DNA of 64,000 nt from positions 64,001 through 128,000 of the forward strand of contig CAWJQU010000001.1 of the NCBI GenBank assembly GCA_963845145.1. Direction: 5' to 3'. Positions 1 to 9,969 of the stretch are shown here, piece by piece. The stretch is from an uncultured delta proteobacterium (GTDB lineage Bacteria; Desulfobacterota; Desulfobacteria; Desulfobacterales; QNYZ01). Position 1 is the first letter of the stretch. Every line of letters begins with the position of its first letter. A program made the position numbers and the translations under genes. The notes under the pieces were generated by a model. That model did no database searches, was not told the DNA's origin, and was given only the letters and a program-made list of their open reading frames with translations.

Positions 1-486
1 GATACCCGGTTGGATAATCAACAGGGCCGGGATCCGGTGCGCATCGTCATTGACCCGACCCTCTCCATCGATCCGAATGCACGCCTGCTTAATGTACCTT
101 CGAAAGCGGAAACAATCCTGGTGACCGACAAGGATGTTGATGCCGCCAAAGCGGACCACCTGCGGCAGCGGGGAATCATGTTGACCACAGACCTTTACGA
201 GAACGGATCTATTGATTTTATTCGGCTGATGAGCTACCTCGGGAGTAGACAGATAACCAGTCTTCTCATCGAAGGTGGTGGTGGCGTCATCGGGTCGGCC
301 CTGCGGGCCGGCGTGGTAGATAAATGCCTGTTTTTTTTCGCGCCCAAAATTCTGGGAGGCGATGACGGTGTTCCCATCTGCCGAGGCATCGGGCCGATGG
401 CCATGAAGGACTGTTTAAACCTGACGACTGTTAAAACCCGGCGGTTTGGTGATGACATTTTAATTGAGGGCTACATCGCCAAATAG
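1..486 (+). CDS. ribD: Riboflavin biosynthesis deaminase/reductase, C-terminal reductase part (5' truncated by window edge)
   Basis: SLLIEGGG motif, FFAPKILGG, GDDILIEGY end; sits at the head of a rib operon. Confidence 0.93.
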   Translation, partial: DTRLDNQQGRDPVRIVIDPTLSIDPNARLLNVPSKAETILVTDKDVDAAKADHLRQRGIMLTTDLYENGSIDFIRLMSYLGSRQITSLLIEGGGGVIGSALRAGVVDKCLFFFAPKILGGDDGVPICRGIGPMAMKDCLNLTTVKTRRFGDDILIEGYIAK

Positions 487-576
487 CTGTTTGATTATTT
501 GCGCAGGCAACCTGATAGATTTTCGGCCTTGGTTGAACAATCGGCACCACCGGCCAAAAAAACGGAGTATACGGTC

Positions 577-1284
577 ATGTTTACCGGAATCATCGAAACA
601 CTCGGCACAGTAACCGGCGCCCACACCATCGGCGGCGGAAAAAGGCTGGCTGTCGATGCAGGTCTGCCATTGGATGGCACGCGTATCGGGGACAGCATTG
701 CCGTTAACGGGGCCTGCTTAACCGTGGTCGAACTGAGTTCCCGTCGGTTCTCAGCCGATGTGTCACCGGAAACCCTTAACAAAACCACGTTTAACGAAAT
801 TAAAATCGGTCAGCGCGTAAACATTGAGCGGGCCATGCGCCTTTCTGATCGACTCGACGGTCATCTTGTCTCAGGCCATATCGACGAGATCGGTGCCATT
901 CGATCAATGGATAAACAGGGGAATGCCATTGTTGTTACCGTGGATGTTCCCGCTGTACTGGGAAAACAGATGATTGCCAAGGGATCGGTGGCGATGGACG
1001 GCATCAGCCTGACCATAAACACCTGTGGCGAGACATTTTTCAGTGTTAGCATCATCCCCCACACGGCCAAAGGAACAACTATTGGGTTTTATCGTCCCAA
1101 CACCCGTGTTAATATTGAAACGGATATGATCGGTAAATATGTGGCCCATTTTACCGGCGCCGGAAGGGCTGAAAGTACGGACGATCAAGAGAACGTAAAC
1201 GTAAGGAAAACATCAACCATCGACTTGAACTTATTGGGTTCATCCGGATTTTTAACCAACTCTCAGATAGGAGCGAAATATTAA
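577..1284 (+). CDS. ribE: Riboflavin synthase (alpha subunit)
   Basis: Diagnostic N-terminus MFTGIIE at ATG 577, [22 protein letters not shown]. Confidence 0.95.
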   Translation: MFTGIIETLGTVTGAHTIGGGKRLAVDAGLPLDGTRIGDSIAVNGACLTVVELSSRRFSADVSPETLNKTTFNEIKIGQRVNIERAMRLSDRLDGHLVSGHIDEIGAIRSMDKQGNAIVVTVDVPAVLGKQMIAKGSVAMDGISLTINTCGETFFSVSIIPHTAKGTTIGFYRPNTRVNIETDMIGKYVAHFTGAGRAESTDDQENVNVRKTSTIDLNLLGSSGFLTNSQIGAKY

Positions 1285-1287
1285 GAT

Positions 1288-2502
1288 ATGGCGATTATTT
1301 CCATTGCAGAGGCAATAGCCGATATCAAAAACGGAAAAATGGTTATTTTAGTGGATGATGAGGATCGTGAAAACGAAGGGGATTTGACCATTGCGGCGGA
1401 AAAGGTGACGCCCGAGATCATTAACTTTATGGCCACCCATGGCCGCGGTCTCATCTGCCTGCCGCTTACCAGTGAAAAATGCGATCAACTGGGCCTATCT
1501 ATGATGGTCGAAAACAATACCTCTCCGTTTGAAACGGGTTTCACCGTATCCATTGAGGCCCGCCACGGCATAACAACCGGAATTTCAGCTGCCGATCGCG
1601 CCACAACCATTAAAGCTGCAGTGGCTCCCGATGCCAAACCGGATGATCTCGTTCGCCCGGGGCATATATTTCCGTTACGGGCTAAAAACGGTGGTGCAAT
1701 CGTAAGGGCCGGTCAAACAGAGGGCTCCGTTGACCTTGCCAGGCTGGCTGGGCTGATGCCGGCCGCCGTCATTTGTGAAATCATGAAGGATGACGGCACC
1801 ATGGCCCGCATGGATTCACTGGAAGAATTCAGTGAAGCGTACGGTATCGGTATTTGTACTATCGCGGATTTGATCGAATATCGCATGCAAACCGAATCGA
1901 TCGTGCGTCGGGCTGTGGAAGCAACGGTGCCGACGAGTGATTTTGGAAAATTTAAGGTGATTGTGTTTGAAAACGATATGGAGGATCTGCAACACATTGC
2001 CATCGTCAAGGGTGAAATTGATGCCGATAAACCGGTGCTGGTGCGCGTTCACTCCGAATGCCTGACCGGCGATATTTTCGGTTCCCTGCGATGCGACTGC
2101 GGGGACCGGTTTCACGAGGCGTTGCGAATGATCTCCGAAGAGGGCTGCGGCGTGCTGTTGTATGTCCGCCAGGAGGGCCGTGGGATCGGCCTGATCAATA
2201 AGCTAAACGCATACAATCTCATGGACGAAGGCCAGGATACCCAAGATGCAGACGGACAACTCGGGTTTGAGCCCAATGTACGTAATTATGGCATCGGTGC
2301 CCAGGCCCTGGTAAATCTCGGTGTACGCAAAATTCGATTAATGACCAATAATCCCAAAAAAATGGTCGGCCTCCAAGGATATGGTTTGCATATCGTCGAA
2401 CAGATTCGTATCGAGGTCGAATCCAATCAATACAACCAGGGATATTTGCCGTGCCAAAAGCTGAAAGTAGGCCACCTGCTGAATCTGGGCGCCACGCCGT
2501 AA
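1288..2502 (+). CDS. ribBA: Bifunctional DHBP synthase / GTP cyclohydrolase II (GCH II domain shows substitutions)
   Basis: [50 protein letters not shown]. Confidence 0.93.
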   Translation: MAIISIAEAIADIKNGKMVILVDDEDRENEGDLTIAAEKVTPEIINFMATHGRGLICLPLTSEKCDQLGLSMMVENNTSPFETGFTVSIEARHGITTGISAADRATTIKAAVAPDAKPDDLVRPGHIFPLRAKNGGAIVRAGQTEGSVDLARLAGLMPAAVICEIMKDDGTMARMDSLEEFSEAYGIGICTIADLIEYRMQTESIVRRAVEATVPTSDFGKFKVIVFENDMEDLQHIAIVKGEIDADKPVLVRVHSECLTGDIFGSLRCDCGDRFHEALRMISEEGCGVLLYVRQEGRGIGLINKLNAYNLMDEGQDTQDADGQLGFEPNVRNYGIGAQALVNLGVRKIRLMTNNPKKMVGLQGYGLHIVEQIRIEVESNQYNQGYLPCQKLKVGHLLNLGATP

Positions 2503-2681
2503 GGGTGATGGTGCAAGTTATTTGTTGATTATGCAAATAGGATTCAAGTCACGGCCTGAATGATTTTAAGCTTTGAGCCCTTGCCCCTTGAAGGCTGTTT
2601 TCATCGTTTTAAGTCTGAGGACATCGATTACAGTATATTTCAGTTCATAAGATTAAATTTCGCAAAAAAAGAGGTGGTTTC

Positions 2682-3152
2682 ATGCCCAATCTGATTGAAG
2701 CAAAATTAACGGCGGAGGGAAAAAAGTTCGCGCTCATAGCCAGCCGATTCAACGATTTTATTACCGACCGTCTGGTGGGTGGTGCCTTGGATGCCCTGAT
2801 ACGAGCAGGCGCCCAGGATCAGGATATCGATATTGTCAAGGTCCCTGGTGCCTTTGAAATTCCGTTGGTCGCCCAGAAGCTGGTGGAAAAAAAGCGCCAT
2901 GATGCGATCATTTGCCTGGGCGCCGTCATCCGTGGCGCCACACCCCATTTTGACTATGTCGCTGCCGAAGTCAGCAAAGGCATCGCTCAAGTGGGACTAT
3001 CCGCCGGTGTCCCGGTCATTTTCGGAATTATCACCACCGATACCATTGAACAAGCCATCGAGCGCGCCGGAGCCAAGGCGGGTAACAAGGGCTTCAGTGC
3101 CGCGATGACCGGCATCGAAATGGCCAATTTGAACCAGCAACTCGATCAGTAA
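2682..3152 (+). CDS. ribH: 6,7-dimethyl-8-ribityllumazine synthase
   Basis: [33 protein letters not shown]. Confidence 0.97.
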   Translation: MPNLIEAKLTAEGKKFALIASRFNDFITDRLVGGALDALIRAGAQDQDIDIVKVPGAFEIPLVAQKLVEKKRHDAIICLGAVIRGATPHFDYVAAEVSKGIAQVGLSAGVPVIFGIITTDTIEQAIERAGAKAGNKGFSAAMTGIEMANLNQQLDQ

Positions 3153-3257
3153 CACTTAACATTTGCCATATTTGGGGCCGTATTTTGGATGTTGTGTCGA
3201 TACAACCGGCAACCATTTGTTCAATGGCGAAAAAAAACATTGAAGTAGCATAAAACT

Positions 3258-3891
3258 ATGGGTTTTCGAAGACGAGCGCGAGAGCTTGCCATGCAGGCCC
3301 TCTATTATATAGATATACGTGGAGGCGATTCGAATGGGAAACTGTTTCTTTTTCGAAAGCTTCATTCTCCCCCTCAAAATTCGAAAACTTTCTTTCATCG
3401 AACTAGTAAGTGGCGTTCGCCGAAACCGTCAGGCCCTGGATAAGATTATCGAAGATTTTTCCAGCAACTGGAAAATCTCCAGAATGTCTTGCGTGGATCG
3501 AAATATTCTTCGCATCGCTGTTTATGAATTGTTGGTCATGGAGGATATACCGGTTAAAGTCTCGATTAATGAAGCCATCGATATCGGTAAAAAGTACGGC
3601 ACTCAGGACTCAGGCGCCTTTATCAACGGCATCCTTGACGGTATTCACCAGGCTTGGGATCAAGGGGAAATTAAATTTAAACCGTTGATGGCTTTCGAGG
3701 GAAATGAGCCAACCGAGACCGCCATAGGCACAAAGAGCAATGAAGCGGTGAGTGCCGAATCACATCTGAAAGCCGGTATGAAACCGGGCAGAGCCTCCCC
3801 TAAATCGATCCGCCTGGCACCGGGTTTACGCAAACGAATGGCTGTCCGGTCCAAGGAACCCTACAACCAAGAAAGAGACTATGACAGTTGA
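3258..3891 (+). CDS. nusB: Transcription antitermination factor NusB, split by a +1 frameshift around 3330-3395; has a C-terminal extension
   Basis: [13 protein letters not shown] in the frame of 3258; [31 protein letters not shown] in the frame of 3319; follows ribH. Confidence 0.88.
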
Positions 3892-3925
3892 TTGAAACAT
3901 TTATTAAAAAAAGGAGATCCTCACC

Positions 3926-4552
3926 TTGATTATCAAAAAGCTTCCGGTCGGCCCCATCATGGCCAATTGCTTTATCCTCGGTTGCGAAGAAACCAAAAAA
4001 GCGGCAGTCATCGATCCCGGCGATGAAACGGATAAGATTCTAATGACCCTCGCCCAGAATAATTTGACAGTCGAACAGATTATTAACACCCATTGCCATT
4101 TTGACCATGCCGGGGGAAATAAAAAAATGTGTGACGCCACTGGCGCACCGTTGGTCCTCCATCCTGCGGAAATTCCGGTGTTAGAGCATCTTGCTCACAG
4201 TGCGGCCCGCTGGGGTCTGTCGGCAGACGCGTCCCCGCCACCGGATCGGGAAGTTGGGGATGGCGATACCATTACTTTCGGGAATATTACCTTGACCGTA
4301 ATCCACACGCCCGGCCACTCTCCCGGTGGGATATGCCTGCACACAAATGGCCATATATTCGTGGGAGATACCCTATTCGCCGGTTCAATCGGTCGAACCG
4401 ATTTTCCCGGGGGCAGTCATGAAGAACTGCTGGCCAGTATCCGCGAAAAGCTTTTCCGGCTGGATGACGATGTGCGGGTTTATACCGGCCATGGCCCTGA
4501 AACGACCATTGGAACGGAAAAACAGTCCAATCCGTTTGTACGCATGGTGTAG
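3926..4552 (+). CDS. MBL-fold metallo-hydrolase (glyoxalase II/YcbL-like)
   Basis: THCHFDH, HTPGHSPG, GDTLFAGSIGRTD, GHG. Confidence 0.9.
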   Translation: MIIKKLPVGPIMANCFILGCEETKKAAVIDPGDETDKILMTLAQNNLTVEQIINTHCHFDHAGGNKKMCDATGAPLVLHPAEIPVLEHLAHSAARWGLSADASPPPDREVGDGDTITFGNITLTVIHTPGHSPGGICLHTNGHIFVGDTLFAGSIGRTDFPGGSHEELLASIREKLFRLDDDVRVYTGHGPETTIGTEKQSNPFVRMV

Positions 4553-4614
4553 TGTTACCAAAGCCCAAATCGGCCAAGGGTAGGTATTGATGGGGATGTT
4601 GGGTTCGCCGTTCT

Positions 4615-6117
4615 CTATTTTCTGGCCATCCCCTTAAATTTTAATATATCAAAAAAGACAATGATGTTGTTGATGTAATGGACGGGTTCCAAGCCTCGGC
4701 AATAACCATATTTTGTTTTTTGATAATATTCGGGCTCACTCAACAACGGCAGTGTTTTTTTAAGTGACGCCCATTTATCCGGGTCCAGGCCCTGCTTACG
4801 AGCGAGATTGCGGGCATCTAAAATGTGGCCCATCCCTACATTGTAAGCGGCCAGAGCGATATACAATCGATTCTTGCCTTGGGCTTTATCGTAAAAGTCG
4901 AAAAGAAACTTGAGGTGCCGAATACCGGCCTCGATATTCTGACACGGGTCATGGACATCCACAACGCCCAAACTATCCGCCGTATTTATGCTGATCTGCA
5001 TCAGGCCGTGAGCGCTTTGATAACTCACAGCCATGGGGTCAAAACGTGACTCCTGGTACATTTGTGCGGCAATCAGGCGCCAATCAAAACCATTTTGTTC
5101 AGCAAACTTTTGAAGAAATGGCTGATATTCGGGCAGTGCCTGGTTCACCCCCCGATGAAATGCACGTATATCCACAAAATCGAATTCATCGATCCCGGTA
5201 AAATAGTGGTTAAAAATTCGATCAAATTCACCATTTTTTTTTATGGTATTATAAAATGCATTCATTTGGCCTTGCAACTGTGTTGCCTGGGGATGAACGG
5301 CCCAGCCCAAATGCTCTTCGGCGCTGATGGGACCGGCAAGCGTGATCTGGGGATAATACCGTTGCGAGAGCATGGCTACCAGGTTGTCGGCAATCGTGAT
5401 ATCAATGGATTTATTGGCGACCTTCCGAATCAACTCAGTGGTTTCCATGCCATTATGTAACTGAAGGTTGACATCAATGTCCGCTGCCCTCAGAACCTCT
5501 AAGTGTTCATGATATGAAGTGCCCCGACTCACATGGACGGTCTTACCGGCCAGGTCTTCGGCGCCCTTAATCTGGGATTGGTGCCGATGGACAATAATAT
5601 GCGGCTGAATTGAATGATAGCCATTCGAAAAAGCCACACGGTCCTGCCGGGTTGGTGTGATGGTCATACTGGCGGCGATAAAATCGCCCTTACCGTTTAG
5701 AAGGTCAGGAATCATGCGATCCCAGCGATCGGCAACTTTCACATTGAGCCTAACGCCCAGATAGTCGGCAAATGCTTTGGCCAGATCGTATTCAAATCCC
5801 ATGGGCCGGTCACGATAGAGATAGTAGCACCAGGGGTTATTCCGGGTGATAACGGTGATTTCACGAGATGCGAGAATATCGTCCAAAAAACTCTTGTCCG
5901 GGGCCTGGCTGCAAGCGGTCATAAGACCGATAGAAACCAACACGGCCATCAGCGTCTTGACAGTCTGATGCGATAGCTTAATGTATTTGTAGGTTAAAAT
6001 CGATATCGACATTTTATACCTTGGCCGGACAGCCAAGTTTCTTGGCACCAAACCCGGCGATAAAAGGCAATTTATAACGAACATTGGTTGTCTTGTCCAT
6101 GAAATGACGGTTGACAA
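4615..6117 (-). CDS. mltF: Membrane-bound lytic murein transglycosylase F (true start probably further in, near 6012 or 5949)
   Basis: Solute-binding-protein-like N-terminal domain (GFEYDL) plus SLT domain (YQESRF, GLMQ, AAYNVG, YGYCRG). Confidence 0.88.
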   Translation of the reverse strand: MSTVISWTRQPMFVINCLLSPGLVPRNLAVRPRYKMSISILTYKYIKLSHQTVKTLMAVLVSIGLMTACSQAPDKSFLDDILASREITVITRNNPWCYYLYRDRPMGFEYDLAKAFADYLGVRLNVKVADRWDRMIPDLLNGKGDFIAASMTITPTRQDRVAFSNGYHSIQPHIIVHRHQSQIKGAEDLAGKTVHVSRGTSYHEHLEVLRAADIDVNLQLHNGMETTELIRKVANKSIDITIADNLVAMLSQRYYPQITLAGPISAEEHLGWAVHPQATQLQGQMNAFYNTIKKNGEFDRIFNHYFTGIDEFDFVDIRAFHRGVNQALPEYQPFLQKFAEQNGFDWRLIAAQMYQESRFDPMAVSYQSAHGLMQISINTADSLGVVDVHDPCQNIEAGIRHLKFLFDFYDKAQGKNRLYIALAAYNVGMGHILDARNLARKQGLDPDKWASLKKTLPLLSEPEYYQKTKYGYCRGLEPVHYINNIIVFFDILKFKGMARK

Positions 6118-6240
6118 TTTAAATTTGAATAATGTATTTAAGTATTATTTTAAGTACCTTATCCGATTATTCAAGTATGCGGGACATTACCGGTTTGGGA
6201 ATAAAGTGAAATCGATCGCTCTATTCGGCGGGAAAAGTGC

Positions 6241-6999
6241 ATGTATACCTCATTATATCAAAAGATAAAGCCGCTCATCTATGCCGGTGAAAGTGGTATT
6301 TTAAAGATTTATCACGACTATGGTAAAAAGGGCGTGATTGTGCTGGGAGAAGGACTGGTTGAAGGCATACGCGCTGAAGAGACGAGCGGCAAAGCGGCAG
6401 CCGGTACATGTGCCAAATGGGTGAGTATTACAACGACTTTTCTGCAAGGCGAAAAAAAAAATGATGAAGATCTAGTCGCTGTAGATACAGGTAAGTTTAT
6501 GGTTATATTGGAAAAAGCCCACAAAATGATTAAAAAAATAAACACCATGGTACCTGGAAATGATTCAATCTTCATGGGGAATCCCCGATTGGCCCACCTG
6601 CACAAACGCTATTCCGAGGCCGACGCCAAGGTCATGGGCCTACTAAACGGAAACCGAACTATCAGTCGAATTGTTATGGATGCCGGATTCCCCGAACTTG
6701 ATATTCTTATCAGCGTCTTCCGTCTTGGCGCTTCAGGCGTCGCCCGGCTCTTGGTTGCCAACAAGTTAATGAGTGATGAAGAACGGCTTGATTTCTTGAG
6801 CGCCTTGACGATGCGATTGAGCATATACATGGGACCAGCCGCCGAAGTGTTGATCCGTGACGCCTTTAGTGCCCTCGGACATGGGCCGGAAATACTAACC
6901 CGGGATGAAATTCCCGAAATTATTGAAACGGTGGTTAACCCATTGGATATCGACGCCAAGACCGCCATGATTCAATGGAGCATGGCATATTCGGCCTAA
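6241..6999 (+). CDS. DUF4388 (PatA_N-like) domain protein with a C-terminal helical domain
   Basis: ESGILKI..G.IVL.EG N-terminal pattern, wHTH-like LNGNRTISRI, and YMGPAAEVLI C-terminus. Confidence 0.55.
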   Translation: MYTSLYQKIKPLIYAGESGILKIYHDYGKKGVIVLGEGLVEGIRAEETSGKAAAGTCAKWVSITTTFLQGEKKNDEDLVAVDTGKFMVILEKAHKMIKKINTMVPGNDSIFMGNPRLAHLHKRYSEADAKVMGLLNGNRTISRIVMDAGFPELDILISVFRLGASGVARLLVANKLMSDEERLDFLSALTMRLSIYMGPAAEVLIRDAFSALGHGPEILTRDEIPEIIETVVNPLDIDAKTAMIQWSMAYSA

Positions 7000-7035
7000 C
7001 GATTCTCCCATTGGTTGCGGTGATGATACCCGCTT

Positions 7036-7746
7036 CTACCTGCTAAACTTTTTCCTCGATAATTCATTTAAAAAGCTCGTGACGATCTCGGTACTCGGGG
7101 ATAAACCGAATTTTTTTTCAAATGCACGTCGGAATGTCAAAACCGTTGGAGATCTGGTATTGACGAATTTAGCGATGAAGTCGTTTTGTACCGATTTCCC
7201 CTTGTCAGGCGGTTCGGTAGCGGCTGTCTTTTCACGCTTGCTATAAGCAAGTCGTTTCAGGAAATGCGCCACTAATTCTAAGGAGGGTTCTTTACCAAAA
7301 GTGGCTTCAAAAGATTTCCGGAAGCCCAGAACCGTAAGCCGTTTCTGGGAAGCCACTTGTTCGGCAAAGGCCATTTCAGAAACAGGGGCTTCGTTTGCCG
7401 CCTCTTGTTCTATTGGGTTCTCTATATCCGGGCCGGGTTCTTGAGGGTCCTGATTTGATTCCACAAGCTCCGAATCCGGGTTTGGGGCCTGTGGGCTTGT
7501 GCGTGATTTTTCAGGTTTCCGGTTTGCTTTCCGTCTTGATTTCTCTGGGTTCAGTTTTGTTTTATCAATATCATTTTTAAGAAGATCGTCGTAATAATCC
7601 AGCAGATCTGAGGTAGGCAGCTGCCCGAATTCCTCCAAAAACTCCGCCTTCAACCGTTCATGCGAGCCATCTTTTAAAGCCGCCACCTCTTTAGCGGTTT
7701 CTACCATCAGCTCCCAATGCGTCGAATGGGTATCTTCTTTTTTCAT
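7036..7746 (-). CDS. Hypothetical protein with three copies of an F-x3-FG-x2-P-[ST] helical motif
   Basis: 236-aa ORF preceded by GGAAGAG; internal repeats visible in the translation. Confidence 0.6.
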   Translation of the reverse strand: MKKEDTHSTHWELMVETAKEVAALKDGSHERLKAEFLEEFGQLPTSDLLDYYDDLLKNDIDKTKLNPEKSRRKANRKPEKSRTSPQAPNPDSELVESNQDPQEPGPDIENPIEQEAANEAPVSEMAFAEQVASQKRLTVLGFRKSFEATFGKEPSLELVAHFLKRLAYSKREKTAATEPPDKGKSVQNDFIAKFVNTRSPTVLTFRRAFEKKFGLSPSTEIVTSFLNELSRKKFSR

Positions 7747-8159
7747 CTCTTCCCGATTGTCACAAAGGATCGTGATTGAACGCCTGTCTGCGATATATAG
7801 GCGCCATTAGCGCAAACATAACCGATTCTCCCTTTGCAAGGTTGGAATCAGGTTAGCACCATAGGATACATAATAGTTTATTTTACTACCCCTGTCTATA
7901 GAATATCCAAATATTCGGTAACAATTTGATATAATAGGATTTCTATAATTTTACATGATTAATTATTTTAAAACTACGTAAATGCCGTACCTATTAACTA
8001 CGAAAAAAATTCGATTGATTTTTCAATTATTTCAGGTTATTATTCTTGACTATCGTTTTGGTCGGAAGAGGCTGGTTTTTCTGACGGAAATTCATTCGCG
8101 AGCCGGATGAGAATCTGTTACCGCATATAGGCGGTTTTGTAAATACAAGGAATCAAACA

Positions 8160-8660
8160 ATGAGCGATATTTACAATTACAGAACATATCACGACTTGAT
8201 TTTCTGGCATCAAAATAAATTTCACGTATCGGTCAATATGTTTTCCGGTAAAGTATCCGGTCACCTGTTTAACGAAAAATATCGGCTGGAAAACGTGTTT
8301 TCCAACATTCAGTTTTATGGATTGGACAAAACAGCCATTGGATTTGGGGATATTGGTTATCAGTGGGCGGCCCGCATGGTTGTTTGGTGCAATGACGATA
8401 TTTATAACAACGGCGAACGCTGGATCACATGTCATCCAGATTCTCCCCTCTCCTGTGAGAAGGCGCCCACATGGATCAGGGATTTCTGCCGAGAGATAAA
8501 TGAGTTATTCGAAAATTATCCAAATATTAAGCGTTATATCAGAGATAACGATTTTACGACCAGGGATAACATTCAGCAAGAGTGTCAACGCCTGGCCGGT
8601 CTTATTGCGAAACATCAACGCACATATGTAGCACCACATCAAAACAAAAAGATGATGTAA
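8160..8660 (+). CDS. Hypothetical protein (AT-rich, no family recognised)
   Basis: 166-aa ORF with AAGGA RBS. Confidence 0.6.
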   Translation: MSDIYNYRTYHDLIFWHQNKFHVSVNMFSGKVSGHLFNEKYRLENVFSNIQFYGLDKTAIGFGDIGYQWAARMVVWCNDDIYNNGERWITCHPDSPLSCEKAPTWIRDFCREINELFENYPNIKRYIRDNDFTTRDNIQQECQRLAGLIAKHQRTYVAPHQNKKMM

Positions 8661-8673
8661 ATGCCTTCGAATT

Positions 8674-8788
8674 ATCCAGTCCATATTTTATCACCATTGT
8701 TGACACTGGTCTACGTCTTGTCTTCGTCCTGGTTTTTGTTGGGTTGACCGACTGATACTGATTCTGGGTTGATAAATATGGACTGGAT
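8674..8788. repeat. Inverted-repeat-bounded intergenic element (MITE-like)
   Basis: atccagtccatattttatca (8674-8693) vs tgataaatatggactggat (8770-8788), complementary except for one indel. Confidence 0.7.
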
Positions 8789-8874
8789 TGCTACACCTCT
8801 CTCCGGACAAACCATCCAGCTATTTTTTAAAAAGAACGCCTTCAAAAGGTTGGGCCGGTAACAGGGAGTGATGC

Positions 8875-9924
8875 GTGAGTCAATATCTTTGGGAATGGAT
8901 TAAGGACGAGGCGATCCTTACCGGTTTTTTATCCGGCATGCCGACTTGGGTGTTGCTGCTAATTATTACGGTCTGCATTTTATTCCTATCAAAGGGTGCC
9001 GATTGGATGATCGACGGTGTCGTGGATCTTGCCCGCCGAACCGGCCTTCCAAAAATAGTCATTGGTGCTACGGTCATTTCTCTTGGCACGACCGCCCCCG
9101 AGGCTTTTGTGTCTGTAATGGCCGCTTTCATGGGAAACGCCGGCCTGGCCCTGGGCAATGGGGTCGGCTCGATCATTGCCGACACGGGGTTGATTTTTGG
9201 CTTGACCTGCATGGTATCCCGGGTACCGGTTCCCCGTTATATTTTAAACCGTACCGGATGGGTGCAGGTGGGTGTGGCGACACTGCTTGTGGCGATCGCT
9301 CTCGTCAAATATGGTCTTGACCCAAACCTACCTGTACTGGGCCGGGGTATCGGCCTGTTTTTTCTCATCCTCCTGGTCGTCTATATGGGATTAACCTACT
9401 ACTGGGCCCGAAGTGGGGACGCCGGACCCTCTACCGAGATAGAATCAGCGTACAACGAAAACGAAAAAGAGCCACCCCTCCTGCTCAGCTGGGGCCTCAT
9501 TATTGGAGGGCTGGGGCTGGTAATCCTCTCTGCGCGTATCTTGGTGCCGTCTGCTTCTGAAATTGCAACACGATTCGGCGTCCCTGATGATGTGATTGCC
9601 GCTACCATGGTAGCATTCGGGACTTCCCTACCGGAATTAATGACTGCCGTGGCATCCATAAAAAAGGGGCACCCTGAAATCACAGTGGGGAATATAGTGG
9701 GTGCTGATGTTTTAAACTGTCTGTTTGTCATCGGCGCCGCGGCATTTGCCCGGCCGTTGGTAATCGAAGCCAATTTCTTTCGATTTCATTTTCCGGTTAT
9801 GCTCATCATTCTTTGGTCTTTTCGTGCATTTATTACGATGAATCGTGACAACCACTTTAAAAAATGGCAGGGGGCCTGGCTGTTGACGGTTTATCTGGTC
9901 TACCTGGTCCTGCAGTATCTATGA
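8875..9924 (+). CDS. Calcium/sodium antiporter (YrbG/CaCA family)
   Basis: Alpha repeats GTTAPE and GTSLPE, GNGVGS/GNIVGA, many TM helices. Confidence 0.9.
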   Translation: MSQYLWEWIKDEAILTGFLSGMPTWVLLLIITVCILFLSKGADWMIDGVVDLARRTGLPKIVIGATVISLGTTAPEAFVSVMAAFMGNAGLALGNGVGSIIADTGLIFGLTCMVSRVPVPRYILNRTGWVQVGVATLLVAIALVKYGLDPNLPVLGRGIGLFFLILLVVYMGLTYYWARSGDAGPSTEIESAYNENEKEPPLLLSWGLIIGGLGLVILSARILVPSASEIATRFGVPDDVIAATMVAFGTSLPELMTAVASIKKGHPEITVGNIVGADVLNCLFVIGAAAFARPLVIEANFFRFHFPVMLIILWSFRAFITMNRDNHFKKWQGAWLLTVYLVYLVLQYL

Positions 9925-9969
9925 TTCGTTTAAACCTTTTCTGCTTGCAAAGGATTTGGTTATCTGTTT

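Noticed and set aside
2503..2681. FMN riboswitch between ribBA and ribH
   Set aside because: No RFN consensus segments visible
3330..3395. Programmed frameshifting in nusB and the other split genes
   Set aside because: No shared slippery motif; the uniform +1 pattern across unrelated genes is better explained by sequencing error
8040..8150. Riboswitch upstream of the orphan ORF at 8160
   Set aside because: Short hairpins are present but I could not match them to a c-di-GMP or other aptamer consensus
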